Below, in pieces: positions 39,454 to 51,922 of a stretch of 64,000 nt of DNA. Every line of letters starts with the position of its first letter. Position 1 is the first letter of the stretch. The notes beneath the pieces were generated by a model. It was not told the DNA's origin, did no database searches, and was given only the letters and a program-made list of their open reading frames with translations. The DNA is from an uncultured Acidobacteriota bacterium (GTDB lineage: Bacteria > Acidobacteriota > UBA6911): assembly GCA_963809485.1 (NCBI GenBank), contig CAWEJX010000006.1:32001-96000 (forward strand). Direction: 5' to 3'. Made by a program: the position numbers and the translations under genes.

Positions 39454-39528
39454 TGGCTGGGGCGGGAGGATTCGAACCTCCGAATGCAGGTTCCAAAGAC
39501 CTGTGTCTTACCGCTTGACGACGCCCCA
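39454..39528 (-). tRNA. tRNA-Gln(TTG)
   Basis: TGGGGCGTCGTCAAGCGGTAAGACACAGGTCTTTGGAACCTGCATTCGGAGGTTCGAATCCTCCCGCCCCAGCCA: cloverleaf, TTG anticodon, CCA end; usual ispE-tRNA-Gln-prs position. Confidence 0.95.
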
Positions 39529-39664
39529 GCAGTATCAAATTAGAAAGCGGCGCAATCTCAGCCATCCGCAAACAAATCCGCGCTTGTCCAAAGCCGCCCC
39601 GGACGGCAGAACCGTCGCCGCTTCAGGGCAAAACCTTTTGAGAAATGCGGGCAGGAACCGGCGT

Positions 39665-40549
39665 CTACCCGAACATGTTTTGGAAATACTCGGCCCGAGA
39701 AAGGGTCTTCGCCGGAAACACTCGCCAGGTCTCCCGGGTGTTTTCCCGGGCTACCGCGAACGCTGATTCCTCATCAGGGAAGAATCCGAAGACAGAGGAT
39801 CCGCTGCCGGACAGCAAGGTTGCTATTGAGCCCCGTTCCTCCAGGAAACTCTTGGCTTCCCGGATGGGCGGGTAGGCAGGCAGGATCGAAGCCTCGAAAT
39901 CATTAAAGATCCCGGACAGGCAACTTTTACCCTCTTTCGCCTGACCGTAAAAACCTTGAATTCTATGGTCCTCGCGGCCGTAAGTCAATCCCAAATTGAG
40001 AGACCGGTAGGCCTCGCCGGTGGATACGTTTATCCCGGGAAAGATTACAACCAGATATCCGGAGGGCAGATCGGGCCAGGGCAAAATCCGTTCTCCCCGC
40101 CCAGTGCCCAGGGCAGTACCGCCGCTAAGGAAAAAGGGCACGTCGGAGCCGAGAACTGATGCCACTGCGGGCAGGAACATGTCCTCTTCGACATTCCAGA
40201 GGCGGCAGAGCCCCAGCAGCGTAACGGCCGCATTGCTGCTCCCTCCGCCCAAACCCGCCCCCGCAGGGATATTTTTCCTGAGCGTAATGGATGCGCCGCG
40301 CTTCTCCGGCAGCCTGGCTGCAAGCGCCTCGGCCGCCCTCCAGACCAAATTTTCTTCCCGCGGGACGCCGCGAAGGTTTTCGCAGCTCAGCTCCAGCCTC
40401 GAAGATGGCTGGAATTCGAGCTCGTCGTGCAAGCTGATGCTCTGAAAAACGGTCTGAATGTCATGGTATCCATCCGTTCTCCGGCCCAGAACAGACAGCG
40501 CCATGTTTATCTTTGCGAAGGAACGTGCCCGAAGCCGCCGAGTTGTCAC
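39665..40549 (-). CDS. ispE: 4-diphosphocytidyl-2-C-methyl-D-erythritol kinase
   Basis: AKIN, DGYH, IPAGAGLGGGSSNAA, GSDVPFF, LSGSGS; GTG start overlaps the upstream stop. Confidence 0.93.
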   Translation of the reverse strand: MTTRRLRARSFAKINMALSVLGRRTDGYHDIQTVFQSISLHDELEFQPSSRLELSCENLRGVPREENLVWRAAEALAARLPEKRGASITLRKNIPAGAGLGGGSSNAAVTLLGLCRLWNVEEDMFLPAVASVLGSDVPFFLSGGTALGTGRGERILPWPDLPSGYLVVIFPGINVSTGEAYRSLNLGLTYGREDHRIQGFYGQAKEGKSCLSGIFNDFEASILPAYPPIREAKSFLEERGSIATLLSGSGSSVFGFFPDEESAFAVARENTRETWRVFPAKTLSRAEYFQNMFG

Positions 40550-42570
40550 TTTACCGATTTTTGTTTTTGAATCATTTCCTGAAGCATTTCCAGCTTTTGA
40601 CGAACCTTTTGAATGTCTTCCGGTTCCGTCCCGATGCTGACCGATCTCTTCCAATAGTCCTGCGCCTTGGTAAAATCGCCGGTTTTGAAATAGAGATCCC
40701 CGAGGTGTTCGTCAATGACGGGATCGTTTTTGACCAGTTCGTCGGCCTGCAGGAGGTATTTTTCCGCATTCTCCATGTCGTTCAACTTGAAAAACGCCCA
40801 GCCAAGGGAATCGAGATAAGCACCGTTATGGGGATCGATGGCCAGGGCTCCTTGGACGTATTTGAGAGCTTCCTCGAGCCGGACTCCGCGGTCGGCCAGC
40901 ATATACCCGATGTAGTTCAGTGCGACGGCATTGTCCGGGTTCGCCTGCAAAATTTCCCGGAAAAGCGATTCCGCGCGATCGAAATCCTTCTGCTTCTCAT
41001 AGACGGTGGCCCGCTGGAACTTCAGCCTTTCCTTGTCCGACTCGTTTTCCAGCTTTTTCTCTTCGGCCCGGAGAAGAATTTTTTCCGCATCGCCGTATTT
41101 TTTGTCCTGCAGGTAGACCTGGCTGAGATTTACGTAGATGTCGATGTTCATCGGATTGGATTGCAGCAGCCGGGATAGAATTTCAGCGCCTTCCCGGGCT
41201 TTGCTGGCGTCGGCCAGGGTTCGAGCGTATATGACCGCCGTATGAATGTCGGAGGGATCCTTTTCGTACAGTTGTTTTCCCAGGGCCAGGGCTTTGTCGA
41301 ACTGCCGGTCGACCCGGTATGCATTCGCAAGCTGCGGACTGAATTTGGGATCGGACTTTGCCAGTTCCTGATAGATCGCGATGGCTTTTTCATTTTCGCC
41401 CATTTCCTGATAATTCGCAGCCAGGTGCTGCTGGAACACAATTCGGTTTGCCTGGCCTTCCTCGTTGGCGTTTGTGGTTATTTCCAGGAGCCGGGAGAAT
41501 ATTTTCGCGGCCTGCGCCGGTCTGCCGCTCTGCTCGTAAGCCGAGGCAAGATAAAATTGAGCCTCGAGATCCTCCGGATTAAGCGCAACCACCGATTGCA
41601 GGATTTCAATCGCCCTGGGGAACTCCCGCCGGGCAATCAGCGATCGGCCCAAAAGAACCTGAGAATCCCTGTCCTTGGGCGCTGCCTTGATAAGATCCTC
41701 AAGGATTCGGGCTGCTTCGCCGTACTCTCCCGCCTCGACGAGCGACGCGGCGAGCCTTCGGGTCACGTTGGGATTATTTCCCGCAACTTCCAGAAATTTC
41801 TTGAAAACCGGGATTGCCTCCTTGTGCTTGCCCTGTCTTGCATAGATCGAGCCCAGCATGTAGAGGCTTTCGGCGGAACCCGGCCAGGTTTTCAGACCCT
41901 TGTTCAGGTATTCAATGGCTTTTTCAACATTGCCCTCGCGGTCGTAGTACTTGGCAATTTCCCTGTAGCCGCTGTCCCCGTCAGGAGACAGGCTCTGATA
42001 CTTCTCGTACGCCTGGATCGCCTTTTCCGGTTCGTCCATCTCGAAATACGCCCAGCCCAGGGCAGAGAATATCCGCTCGTCGTCCGGAGTCAGCGCTTTC
42101 AGCAGCTCCAGTTCCTGGATCGCCTTTTTCATATTCTCGGCTCCAGCTGCGCCCTGTTCCTGAGACTTGAAATAGATATTGGCCAGGAGCCAATGCGGAT
42201 CCGGATCCTTGGGATCAAGCCGGACTGCTTCCTGGGCATATTCAATAGCTTCTCGCAAGTTTCCGGATTTTTCCAGCAACGATGCCAATTCAAGGCGGAT
42301 CGCGGCGCTATCGGGATTGTATTTCAAGGCCGTGTGCATTTCCGAGAGAGCTTTGGGCAAATCGCCCTGATCTTCGCTCCATTTTGACAGGGAGTAATGG
42401 TAGTAGCTTGCGGCCCGATCCGCAGGCACCTGTTCTTCCAATGCCTTATCCAGGTTAATAGGCTGAGAGGGACGAGAGATCTTCTCCTGGGCGGATGCCG
42501 GTACAGCACAAAGCATTAAAGCCAGACACAGAATCCCGCATCTCAGGGAAAGCAAGAGGCTGCATTTCAT
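40546..42570 (-). CDS. Exported tetratricopeptide repeat protein
   Basis: Signal peptide, many TPRs, ALNYIGYMLAD...YLDSLGW...EHLGD. Confidence 0.88.
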   Translation of the reverse strand: MKCSLLLSLRCGILCLALMLCAVPASAQEKISRPSQPINLDKALEEQVPADRAASYYHYSLSKWSEDQGDLPKALSEMHTALKYNPDSAAIRLELASLLEKSGNLREAIEYAQEAVRLDPKDPDPHWLLANIYFKSQEQGAAGAENMKKAIQELELLKALTPDDERIFSALGWAYFEMDEPEKAIQAYEKYQSLSPDGDSGYREIAKYYDREGNVEKAIEYLNKGLKTWPGSAESLYMLGSIYARQGKHKEAIPVFKKFLEVAGNNPNVTRRLAASLVEAGEYGEAARILEDLIKAAPKDRDSQVLLGRSLIARREFPRAIEILQSVVALNPEDLEAQFYLASAYEQSGRPAQAAKIFSRLLEITTNANEEGQANRIVFQQHLAANYQEMGENEKAIAIYQELAKSDPKFSPQLANAYRVDRQFDKALALGKQLYEKDPSDIHTAVIYARTLADASKAREGAEILSRLLQSNPMNIDIYVNLSQVYLQDKKYGDAEKILLRAEEKKLENESDKERLKFQRATVYEKQKDFDRAESLFREILQANPDNAVALNYIGYMLADRGVRLEEALKYVQGALAIDPHNGAYLDSLGWAFFKLNDMENAEKYLLQADELVKNDPVIDEHLGDLYFKTGDFTKAQDYWKRSVSIGTEPEDIQKVRQKLEMLQEMIQKQKSVK

Positions 42571-42776
42571 AGGCGATCTGTTCCTTTATATCCAGGAATC
42601 TATTGCGTTAACAATTATGGCACAGGCGGTTCCCGGTTTCCACATTTCGTGCCGTCGCGGCAGTTGAGTTTTGCAGAAAGCTGTGATTTTGGTCCGCCAT
42701 GCGAACGTTTTTCGGATTCCCATTCCAGGCAGGCGCAAGAAGCCGGAATACACCTCTTTTTTACATAATTCTATTT

Positions 42777-42993
42777 GTAAACTCCCGGCTCTGCAGGGGG
42801 ACTCATAGAGTTTAGCAGCTCCGTATTTTGAAACGCTGAGATACGCTGACAAAAGCGCTGACAAACGCCGATTTGTTCGGCGAGGGTCGGCTTTTGCCCG
42901 CGTAAGTCAGCGTTCAAAACCGGCGTAACTCCTCCAACCGCTTTGAGCGGTTCCAATCTTTCAAGCCTCCGGCTTTGCCGGAGGTGCCTGACT
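42777..42993 (+). mobile_element. Same IS200/IS605-like non-autonomous element, copy 4
   Basis: Both terminal hairpins present, with a different internal deletion. Confidence 0.78.
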
Positions 42994-43192
42994 AATTGGC
43001 TCTGTATGCCGAGCGGCGCCTTTGACTTCCGGCTTCTGAGAATGGTTCAGCTATCCTGTTCCCAAAGAAATAGTTAAAACCAGCTGTGCGAGGGGGCGTC
43101 CGGGAAACTGGCGGCTGTTTTTATTTTTGGCTCAAATGACAGGCTGCCCATTAGATATCGGGAAGCAACTCAATTTCACAAAGGAGGTTTCC

Positions 43193-43489
43193 ATGATACC
43201 CAACAAGATCAAGGTGGCTTGTGTAGTGATGTTGTTATTGGGCCTGGCCATAGGGCCTGTTTCCGCGCTGGCTCAAAAATCCGGCCCGGTGTCGACGGAG
43301 AAGGTCAACCTGAATACGGCAACCGTCGAGCAGCTTCAATCTCTTCCCGGGATCGGTCCCTCGATTGCCAAAAGCATTGTGGATCATCGGACCAAAGTGG
43401 GGAAATTCAGCCGCATTGAAGAAGTCATCAATGTGAAAGGCGTCGGGGAGAAGAAGTTTCAGAAAATAAAGGACCGCCTGGTAGTTTAG
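43193..43489 (+). CDS. comEA: ComEA-family helix-hairpin-helix DNA-binding protein
   Basis: Signal peptide, VNLNTAT, LPGIGP, VKGVG; AAGGAGG RBS. Confidence 0.85.
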   Translation: MIPNKIKVACVVMLLLGLAIGPVSALAQKSGPVSTEKVNLNTATVEQLQSLPGIGPSIAKSIVDHRTKVGKFSRIEEVINVKGVGEKKFQKIKDRLVV

Positions 43490-43569
43490 CGCCTGCGGCT
43501 TCGAGTCTTCGAGTCCCGGAGGCCTCCAACCCGGCCTTAAAAGCTCGAAGACTCGAAGATTTCGCGGAA

Positions 43570-44484
43570 TCAGTTGCCGAATATCAAGTGAGGATGGATC
43601 CGGATCCATTGAGCCGGTTGTGCAACGGGAGGCGAAAATGATTGAATTCGACGGGCCAGGGCAATGAGATCGCCCGATTCATCCAGCATGCGGAATTCCC
43701 CCGATTCCCAATCGGCGCTGAGGAGGTTCAGGTCCATTCCATGAATCAGTTTTTTTCTGTCTCCCTCGGAAATTACTATGGCGGGAATCTCGCGGAGAAG
43801 GTCGCGCATCGGGATAATCCGCGTCAGGAAAAACTCCCGGGGATAAAAGTCCTGGCCCTCACTCAGAGCAACCGCCGCCTCAATCGAAAATTCGCCGCTG
43901 CGAGTCCGCCTCAAACGGACGAGATGGGCGCCGCAGCCATAATCCCTGCCGATGTCATGAGCCAGGCTGCGTGCATAGGTTCCCGTGGTGCAGGCGAGTT
44001 CGAATTCGGCCTCGCAACCATCCACCGCGAGCAGTTTCAGCGATTTGATAGTGACGGCCTTGGTTGCCTGGCCCATATCGATGCCTTTTCGGGCGTAGGA
44101 ATACATGGGCCTGCCCTGGATTTTCTTGGCTGAATAGGGCGGCAGCGTCTGATGAATTGCGCCGAGGTACGCGGCAAAAATTTCCTGAAGCCGGGACATG
44201 TCCAGCTGAGGACGGCATTCGCTTCCGAGCGGCTCGCCGTCCACGTCATAAGTAGTGGTAGCGAAGCCGAAACGCATGACTCCGTGATAGGTCTTATCGG
44301 AGGCAAGAAAATAATTCGTCAGCCGGGTGGCATGGCCGAGAGTGAGGGGAAGAACTCCGGTAGCAAACGGGTCGAGGGTGCCGGTATGTCCCACTTTCTT
44401 GATCTTGGTCAGATTCCGGATCTTGGCCACAACATCGTGTGAAGTCCATCCGGAAGGCTTGTCGATGATCAACACTCCATCCAT
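43570..44484 (-). CDS. truB: tRNA pseudouridine(55) synthase
   Basis: DKPSGWTSHDVV, GHTGTLDP, PPYSAKK, GTYARSL. Confidence 0.95.
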   Translation of the reverse strand: MDGVLIIDKPSGWTSHDVVAKIRNLTKIKKVGHTGTLDPFATGVLPLTLGHATRLTNYFLASDKTYHGVMRFGFATTTYDVDGEPLGSECRPQLDMSRLQEIFAAYLGAIHQTLPPYSAKKIQGRPMYSYARKGIDMGQATKAVTIKSLKLLAVDGCEAEFELACTTGTYARSLAHDIGRDYGCGAHLVRLRRTRSGEFSIEAAVALSEGQDFYPREFFLTRIIPMRDLLREIPAIVISEGDRKKLIHGMDLNLLSADWESGEFRMLDESGDLIALARRIQSFSPPVAQPAQWIRIHPHLIFGN

Positions 44485-44485
44485 G

Positions 44486-44842
44486 CTAACTTTCCTCATG
44501 CTCCCGGATTTCGTCTATGAGCCGGTCGATGTGTTCGCCATAATCCTGCGAGGTATCGGCCAGAAATACCAGGTCGGGCAGGAATTTCATGCGGATCCTC
44601 TGCCCAAGCTCGTGCCGGATCCAGCCGGACGCATGGTTGAGTGTTTCCAGGCTTTCTTTTTTTTCGCTCTCGGATCCCATTTGTGAGACGTATATCTTTG
44701 CGTGCCTAAGATCGGGCGTCATCTGCACTCCCGTTACGGTCACAAAACCGATTCTTCTATCCTTCATGTCGCGGGAGATCATCAGGCTTACTTCGTGCTG
44801 GACCTGAAGCGCGAGTCTTTGGGGTCTTCGGGATGGCTGCAT
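44486..44842 (-). CDS. rbfA: Ribosome-binding factor A
   Basis: KDRRIGFVTVT, DLRHAKIY; follows infB. Confidence 0.92.
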   Translation of the reverse strand: MQPSRRPQRLALQVQHEVSLMISRDMKDRRIGFVTVTGVQMTPDLRHAKIYVSQMGSESEKKESLETLNHASGWIRHELGQRIRMKFLPDLVFLADTSQDYGEHIDRLIDEIREHEES

Positions 44843-44850
44843 AAGGGGCT

Positions 44851-45138
44851 CTAGGGATCAATGAATGAAACCTGGCAATCGATCAGGAGGCCTTCGAGCG
44901 TATTCTCAGCCTCATGGACAAATTGCTGGGTGACTCGTTCCAGAACTGCATGGTCGGCGCCTACCGTGACCGCAGCCAGTTTCGCGCGCTGCCACAAGTC
45001 CTGGTAATCGACTTCCGCGATCGAAAAATTCGATCTCGCGCGCAGGCGGTCCTGAGCTTTTCGCAGCACCATCCGCTTTTCTTTAAGCGATTGGGAATAG
45101 GGCAGGAAAAGCTCCAATGTGCAGTAGGCTATCGGCAT
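44851..45138 (-). CDS. DUF503 (YlxP-like) protein
   Basis: SLKEKR, NFSIAEVDYQDLWQR; between infB and rbfA. Confidence 0.85.
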   Translation of the reverse strand: MPIAYCTLELFLPYSQSLKEKRMVLRKAQDRLRARSNFSIAEVDYQDLWQRAKLAAVTVGADHAVLERVTQQFVHEAENTLEGLLIDCQVSFIDP

Positions 45139-45143
45139 TTTCA

Positions 45144-45218
45144 AATTACGAATTACGAATTACGAATGACGAAGGACGTTTTCTGTCAAATTCCTAACTC
45201 GTAATTCGTCATTCGTAA

Positions 45219-45220
<2 letters not shown>
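45144..45220. repeat. Inverted heptamer arrays forming a hairpin between infB and the DUF503 gene
   Basis: AATTACG x3 AATGACGAA (45144-45173) and AATTCCTAACTCGTAATTCGTCATTCGTAATT (45189-45220). Confidence 0.75.
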
Positions 45221-47930
<2,710 letters not shown>

Positions 47931-48065
47931 TTGCGCAAAGACCTCTGCCAAGTTTATCTTCGGGCTTGGCTCATCGGAGCCAAATAACAGATCTTAAATC
48001 AATACTGCTATCGTTTGCAACCGCGGGATTTTGCTCTTCAGGAGCTTAGGAAGGCGTTTCGGCTT

Positions 48066-49559
48066 TCATTCCCGGCTATTCTCATCCTCGGCCGCATCGG
48101 TATCGGGAGCATCCTCCGGGGCCTGGGAGTCTTTTCCCGCTGCCTGTTCTTCCTCGGCTGCAGCACTGCCGGATACGGAATCGTTACCGGCGGGCTCTGT
48201 CGCGGTTGCGGAGCTGCCCTCTTCAACGTTTTCTTCTTCTCCAGGGGCGTTTGCCTTGATAGCGGTAGGCAAATCCATTCCCTCGGGGACCTCAATCTCC
48301 ACTTCTTCAAAAAGATCCCGGGCCGCTTCCATAATCTTGGCTGCGGTTTTATCCCCAATCCCCTGAATTTCCATGAGCTTTCCCTCTCCCAATTCGAGGA
48401 TGCGCTCGACATTCTCGATCCCGGCCTCGCGCATTCGCTCGATAAGCCGGTCGCTGATGCCCTCCAGTTCCGTCAGGGAAGTGGAGGATGAAGTCAGGGA
48501 TTCCATAACGCTGAGCACTTCCTGCTTTTTCTGCTCTTCGCTCTTGACGTCTATCTGCCATCCGATGAGTCTCGAGGCCAGACGCACATTCTGGCCTTTC
48601 TTGCCGATAGCCAGGGATTGCTGCTTTTCCTCGACGATTACTTCCATCCGCTTTTCGGACGGATCTATGATTAAAACCTTGGATATCTTCGCCGGATTCA
48701 GCGCATTGGCTGCGTACTGCGCCGCGTCCTCGGACCACTGCACGATGTCGATCTTTTCTCCGCGCAGTTCCCGTATAATCGAATTGATGCGGGAGCCTTT
48801 CATGCCCACGCATGCCCCGACCGGGTCCACATCCCGGTCCAGTGAAGCCACGGCAACCTTGGCACGGTCGCCCGGCTCGTGGACGGCGCTTTTTACCACG
48901 ATGGTGCCGTCATAAATTTCCGGGATTTCCATTTCGAAAAGACGAATGAGCAACTGGGGATCGGTGCGGGAAAGAATGACCTGAGGGCCTTTGGCAACCG
49001 GAAGAACTTTGACGATCACGGCGCGGATCCGTTCGCCCTGCTTGTAGGTTTCCGCTCTCGACTGCTCACGGAGAGGAAGAAGGGCTTCGGTCTTCCCGAT
49101 ATCCACGATGATGTCCGGCCCCTCGAACCGCTTGGCGACGCCGTTAACCATTTCGCCGATTTTCTGTGAATATTCGCTGAAAATATTCTGACGTTCGGCT
49201 TCCCGGACCTTCTGCAAAATGACCTGCTTGGCTGTTTGAGCCGCTATTCTGCCCAATACGTCCGTAGCTTTCGGTATCTCGACCGTATCATCGATTTCCA
49301 GAGTTTCATCGATTTCTTTGGCTTCGCTCAGCGATATCTCCAGGCTCGGATTTTCAACGGTTTCAACCACGCGCCGGACCGCGAAGATTTCCACCATGCC
49401 GGTCTCAGGATCAAAGCGCGCATTGATGTCCTCGTTCGTTTTGTAGAACTTCCTGGAAGCAGCCACCATTGCGTCTTCCAATGCGCTGATGATGATTTTG
49501 GGATCGACGTTTTTTTCTTTGCTTATCTGTTCGATCGTTTGCGCAATTATATTCGACAT
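48066..49559 (-). CDS. nusA: Transcription factor NusA
   Basis: RIAAQTAKQVI, DPVGACVG, GEKIDI, AIGKKGQNVRLA. Confidence 0.96.
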   Translation of the reverse strand: MSNIIAQTIEQISKEKNVDPKIIISALEDAMVAASRKFYKTNEDINARFDPETGMVEIFAVRRVVETVENPSLEISLSEAKEIDETLEIDDTVEIPKATDVLGRIAAQTAKQVILQKVREAERQNIFSEYSQKIGEMVNGVAKRFEGPDIIVDIGKTEALLPLREQSRAETYKQGERIRAVIVKVLPVAKGPQVILSRTDPQLLIRLFEMEIPEIYDGTIVVKSAVHEPGDRAKVAVASLDRDVDPVGACVGMKGSRINSIIRELRGEKIDIVQWSEDAAQYAANALNPAKISKVLIIDPSEKRMEVIVEEKQQSLAIGKKGQNVRLASRLIGWQIDVKSEEQKKQEVLSVMESLTSSSTSLTELEGISDRLIERMREAGIENVERILELGEGKLMEIQGIGDKTAAKIMEAARDLFEEVEIEVPEGMDLPTAIKANAPGEEENVEEGSSATATEPAGNDSVSGSAAAEEEQAAGKDSQAPEDAPDTDAAEDENSRE

Positions 49560-49562
49560 ATC

Positions 49563-50066
49563 TCAGGACCCCTGAGGCCTCATGCTTAAATCAGCTATCA
49601 AGCTGGCCTTTTCGATGTCCGCCAATGCGATTTCAACCTGTTTGCCCGGGGCGATTTCAAGTTTTATGCGGCCCTCGAACACCCCTGCAATCCTGCCCTT
49701 GAAATTTTGCTGACCTTCCAGCGGATACCGCGTTCGCAACCTGGCGTTCTTGCCACTGAATCGAACGTAATCCGCCTCTTTTACCAGCGGCCGGTTAACG
49801 CCCGGCGAGGAAACCTCCAAAACGTAGCTGAACGGTATCCAATCCTCCACGTCCAGCGTTACGGAAAACCGTCGGCTGAATCGCTCACAATCGTCCAGGG
49901 TTATACCGGAAGGCTGATCGATATACGTCCGGACGACAGAATGATTCCCATCTCCTTTGATTTCAACGAGAACCACTTCCATCCCCATTGCCGAGGCAAC
50001 CTGCTCGGCCAATCCGGAAACCCGGCTTATCAGGGATTCCCGCTGATTCGGATCCGACACTGCCAT
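49563..50066 (-). CDS. rimP: Ribosome maturation factor RimP
   Basis: ITLDDCE, YVLEVSSPGVNRPL. Confidence 0.93.
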   Translation of the reverse strand: MAVSDPNQRESLISRVSGLAEQVASAMGMEVVLVEIKGDGNHSVVRTYIDQPSGITLDDCERFSRRFSVTLDVEDWIPFSYVLEVSSPGVNRPLVKEADYVRFSGKNARLRTRYPLEGQQNFKGRIAGVFEGRIKLEIAPGKQVEIALADIEKASLIADLSMRPQGS

Positions 50067-50080
50067 TTTGAACCCTAAAC

Positions 50081-50106
50081 AAAAAAAGTGGGCACACGCC
50101 CACTTT
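50081..50106 (-). terminator. rimP leader terminator-like hairpin
   Basis: AAAGTGGGC-GTGT-GCCCACTTTTTTT just upstream of rimP. Confidence 0.7.
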
Positions 50107-50173
50107 GTACAAAAGCAGCATTGGGAAGTATACCGGACGCGGGGGCAAATAGCAACTCCCCCCAATCCGTTAG

Positions 50174-50389
50174 GAAAATCCCCTGGCTCTGCCGGTGAGG
50201 CAGTGGAAGCTTGACGAATACAGAAGTCGTTGGGCGATGTGTTTCAATTGTGACTTGCCCAAAAGGGGTCCGCGCAGCAGCAGTATGGCTAGCGGGGTCG
50301 CAGTCGAAATCGGGAAACGAAAAGCTGTATCGATACCAGTGAGGAGCTCAAAAGCTATGGCCTCCGGGTCTGCCGGAGAGTGGCTGACT
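50174..50389 (+). mobile_element. Second, divergent IS200/IS605-like palindrome-ended remnant
   Basis: AAAATCCCCTGGCTCTGCCGGTGAG...TTGAC left end and GCCTCCGGGTCTGCCGGAGAG...CTGACT right end with an unrelated interior. Confidence 0.55.
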
Positions 50390-50481
50390 GAGCTATGAAC
50401 TATCTGTTTGTTTTGATTGCTGCTGCGGCGGGTACCGCGGGATTTGCATAAACGGCCTTTTTCAAGTCGCGAGTCCCGGAA

Positions 50482-51921
50482 TTACTTTTTGGGAACCGCT
50501 GCGGCGGCAGGCGGTTCAGTCAGGTCCGCTTCGCCCTTATCCAGCTTCTCATAGCTTTCAGGATCGGCCACCTTGATAGAAGGATCCCCTTTAAGCTGTG
50601 CGTAAAAGCCTTCCCTGGCTGCCTTGCCCAGAGTGCATTCCACGGTCACGGTGCTCCCTTGTTTGAGGACCACGCGAATCGCGGGTTTGTCCAAACCATA
50701 GACCGAAAAAGCCGAGGGATTGTCAATCAGCTTTTTGACCGGCTTTTCCATGGCATCCAGGATTCCGTTGACGGCATCCCATTTGGCCTTCTTTCCTTTA
50801 TCGCCAAGGAACCATTCTCCGCCTCTTTTGTTGAAATCGAAACTTCCTTTGGAATTGGATAAATATATGGAATCGATATCCCAGCGCTGGAATGACGCAA
50901 GAGCCTTGTCGCGCAAATCATCGGCTGTCTTGAGAAGCTTGTCGACGACGTCCTTGTCCACAAAGAAGAGATCCGCCCGCGATTCGTCTTTTGCCAGGTA
51001 AAGCTGCGAGGAAGACAGCTCTGCGCCGGATGCTTCCGCTGGCGTGCCCTCCTGCGCGATTTCCTTGCCGCCCTTTTTGACAATAGCCGCTTTGGGCGAA
51101 CCGATGACAAGGCGCTTGATGGCTTTGTTTTTGCCATAGGCGACGCTCGCTTCCACGAGCGCTTTTTCCAGGCCGAGATTTGTGTAGTCAGCCGCTTCTC
51201 CGGCCAAAAACTCTTTGATTCTGCCCAGGGAAAGCGCGTTCAGGATACCCCGTACCAGGGGGGAATCGGCAGCGACCCGGTGAGTGCCCTCGATCCACCA
51301 CCGGTCATTGCTGTCCTTCACAAGATTGAGATCCCCTTTGGAACTTTTCAGGTTCAGGGACTGCGCTTCAGGCTGATCGAAGCTCAGGACCGTATGATTT
51401 CTCAGATCATCCAGCTTCTTGTCCAAGGCGCTTGCCGCAGCAGCGGACACTAAATATACGGTTTTAGAGCCGGGGATAGCGGCATAGGTTGAATTGCCGG
51501 TTGGATTGTTGTTGCCGAAGTCTATAGCGTATGCTTTGCCCTCTTTTGTTTTGAATTTCAAACTGAACCTGGCAGGACTCAATCCGAACTTCGCCGGGTC
51601 CGATACGTTGGGATCCAGGACGGAATCACGCTGGAGGCTCGAAGCCGAGCCGGCCAGGCGGCTAAGCTCGTCGGAGTCCGCATCCAGGGACCGGGGCGCG
51701 GTGATAGCCCAGTCTGTTTCCCCTTTTCTTGCCGAGGAGATATGCTGATTTGAGGAAATCAAGTCAATCTGGCGGATATCCTTGGCTTCAAGTTTCCAGA
51801 ATTGTTTTTCCGCCTGCTCTTCTTTTTCGCGCTGCTTGCCCCCCTTGATTTCATAAAAGTAAAGGAAGCTTCCAAGGGCCAGGCAGGCTATCAGCAACAC
51901 TAAGGTTCCTTTGAAACGCAT
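50482..51921 (-). CDS. DUF4340 repeat protein (Gld-type ABC accessory)
   Basis: N-terminal anchor and three repeats with W.I...AD...FGL..P...LR. Confidence 0.8.
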   Translation of the reverse strand: MRFKGTLVLLIACLALGSFLYFYEIKGGKQREKEEQAEKQFWKLEAKDIRQIDLISSNQHISSARKGETDWAITAPRSLDADSDELSRLAGSASSLQRDSVLDPNVSDPAKFGLSPARFSLKFKTKEGKAYAIDFGNNNPTGNSTYAAIPGSKTVYLVSAAAASALDKKLDDLRNHTVLSFDQPEAQSLNLKSSKGDLNLVKDSNDRWWIEGTHRVAADSPLVRGILNALSLGRIKEFLAGEAADYTNLGLEKALVEASVAYGKNKAIKRLVIGSPKAAIVKKGGKEIAQEGTPAEASGAELSSSQLYLAKDESRADLFFVDKDVVDKLLKTADDLRDKALASFQRWDIDSIYLSNSKGSFDFNKRGGEWFLGDKGKKAKWDAVNGILDAMEKPVKKLIDNPSAFSVYGLDKPAIRVVLKQGSTVTVECTLGKAAREGFYAQLKGDPSIKVADPESYEKLDKGEADLTEPPAAAAVPKK

Positions 51922-51922
51922 C

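Noticed and set aside
43499-43559. Inverted repeat CTTCGAGTCTTCGAG / CTCGAAGACTCGAAG between comEA and truB
   Set aside because: Most simply a bidirectional terminator-like hairpin between convergent genes; only a partial second copy near 38446.
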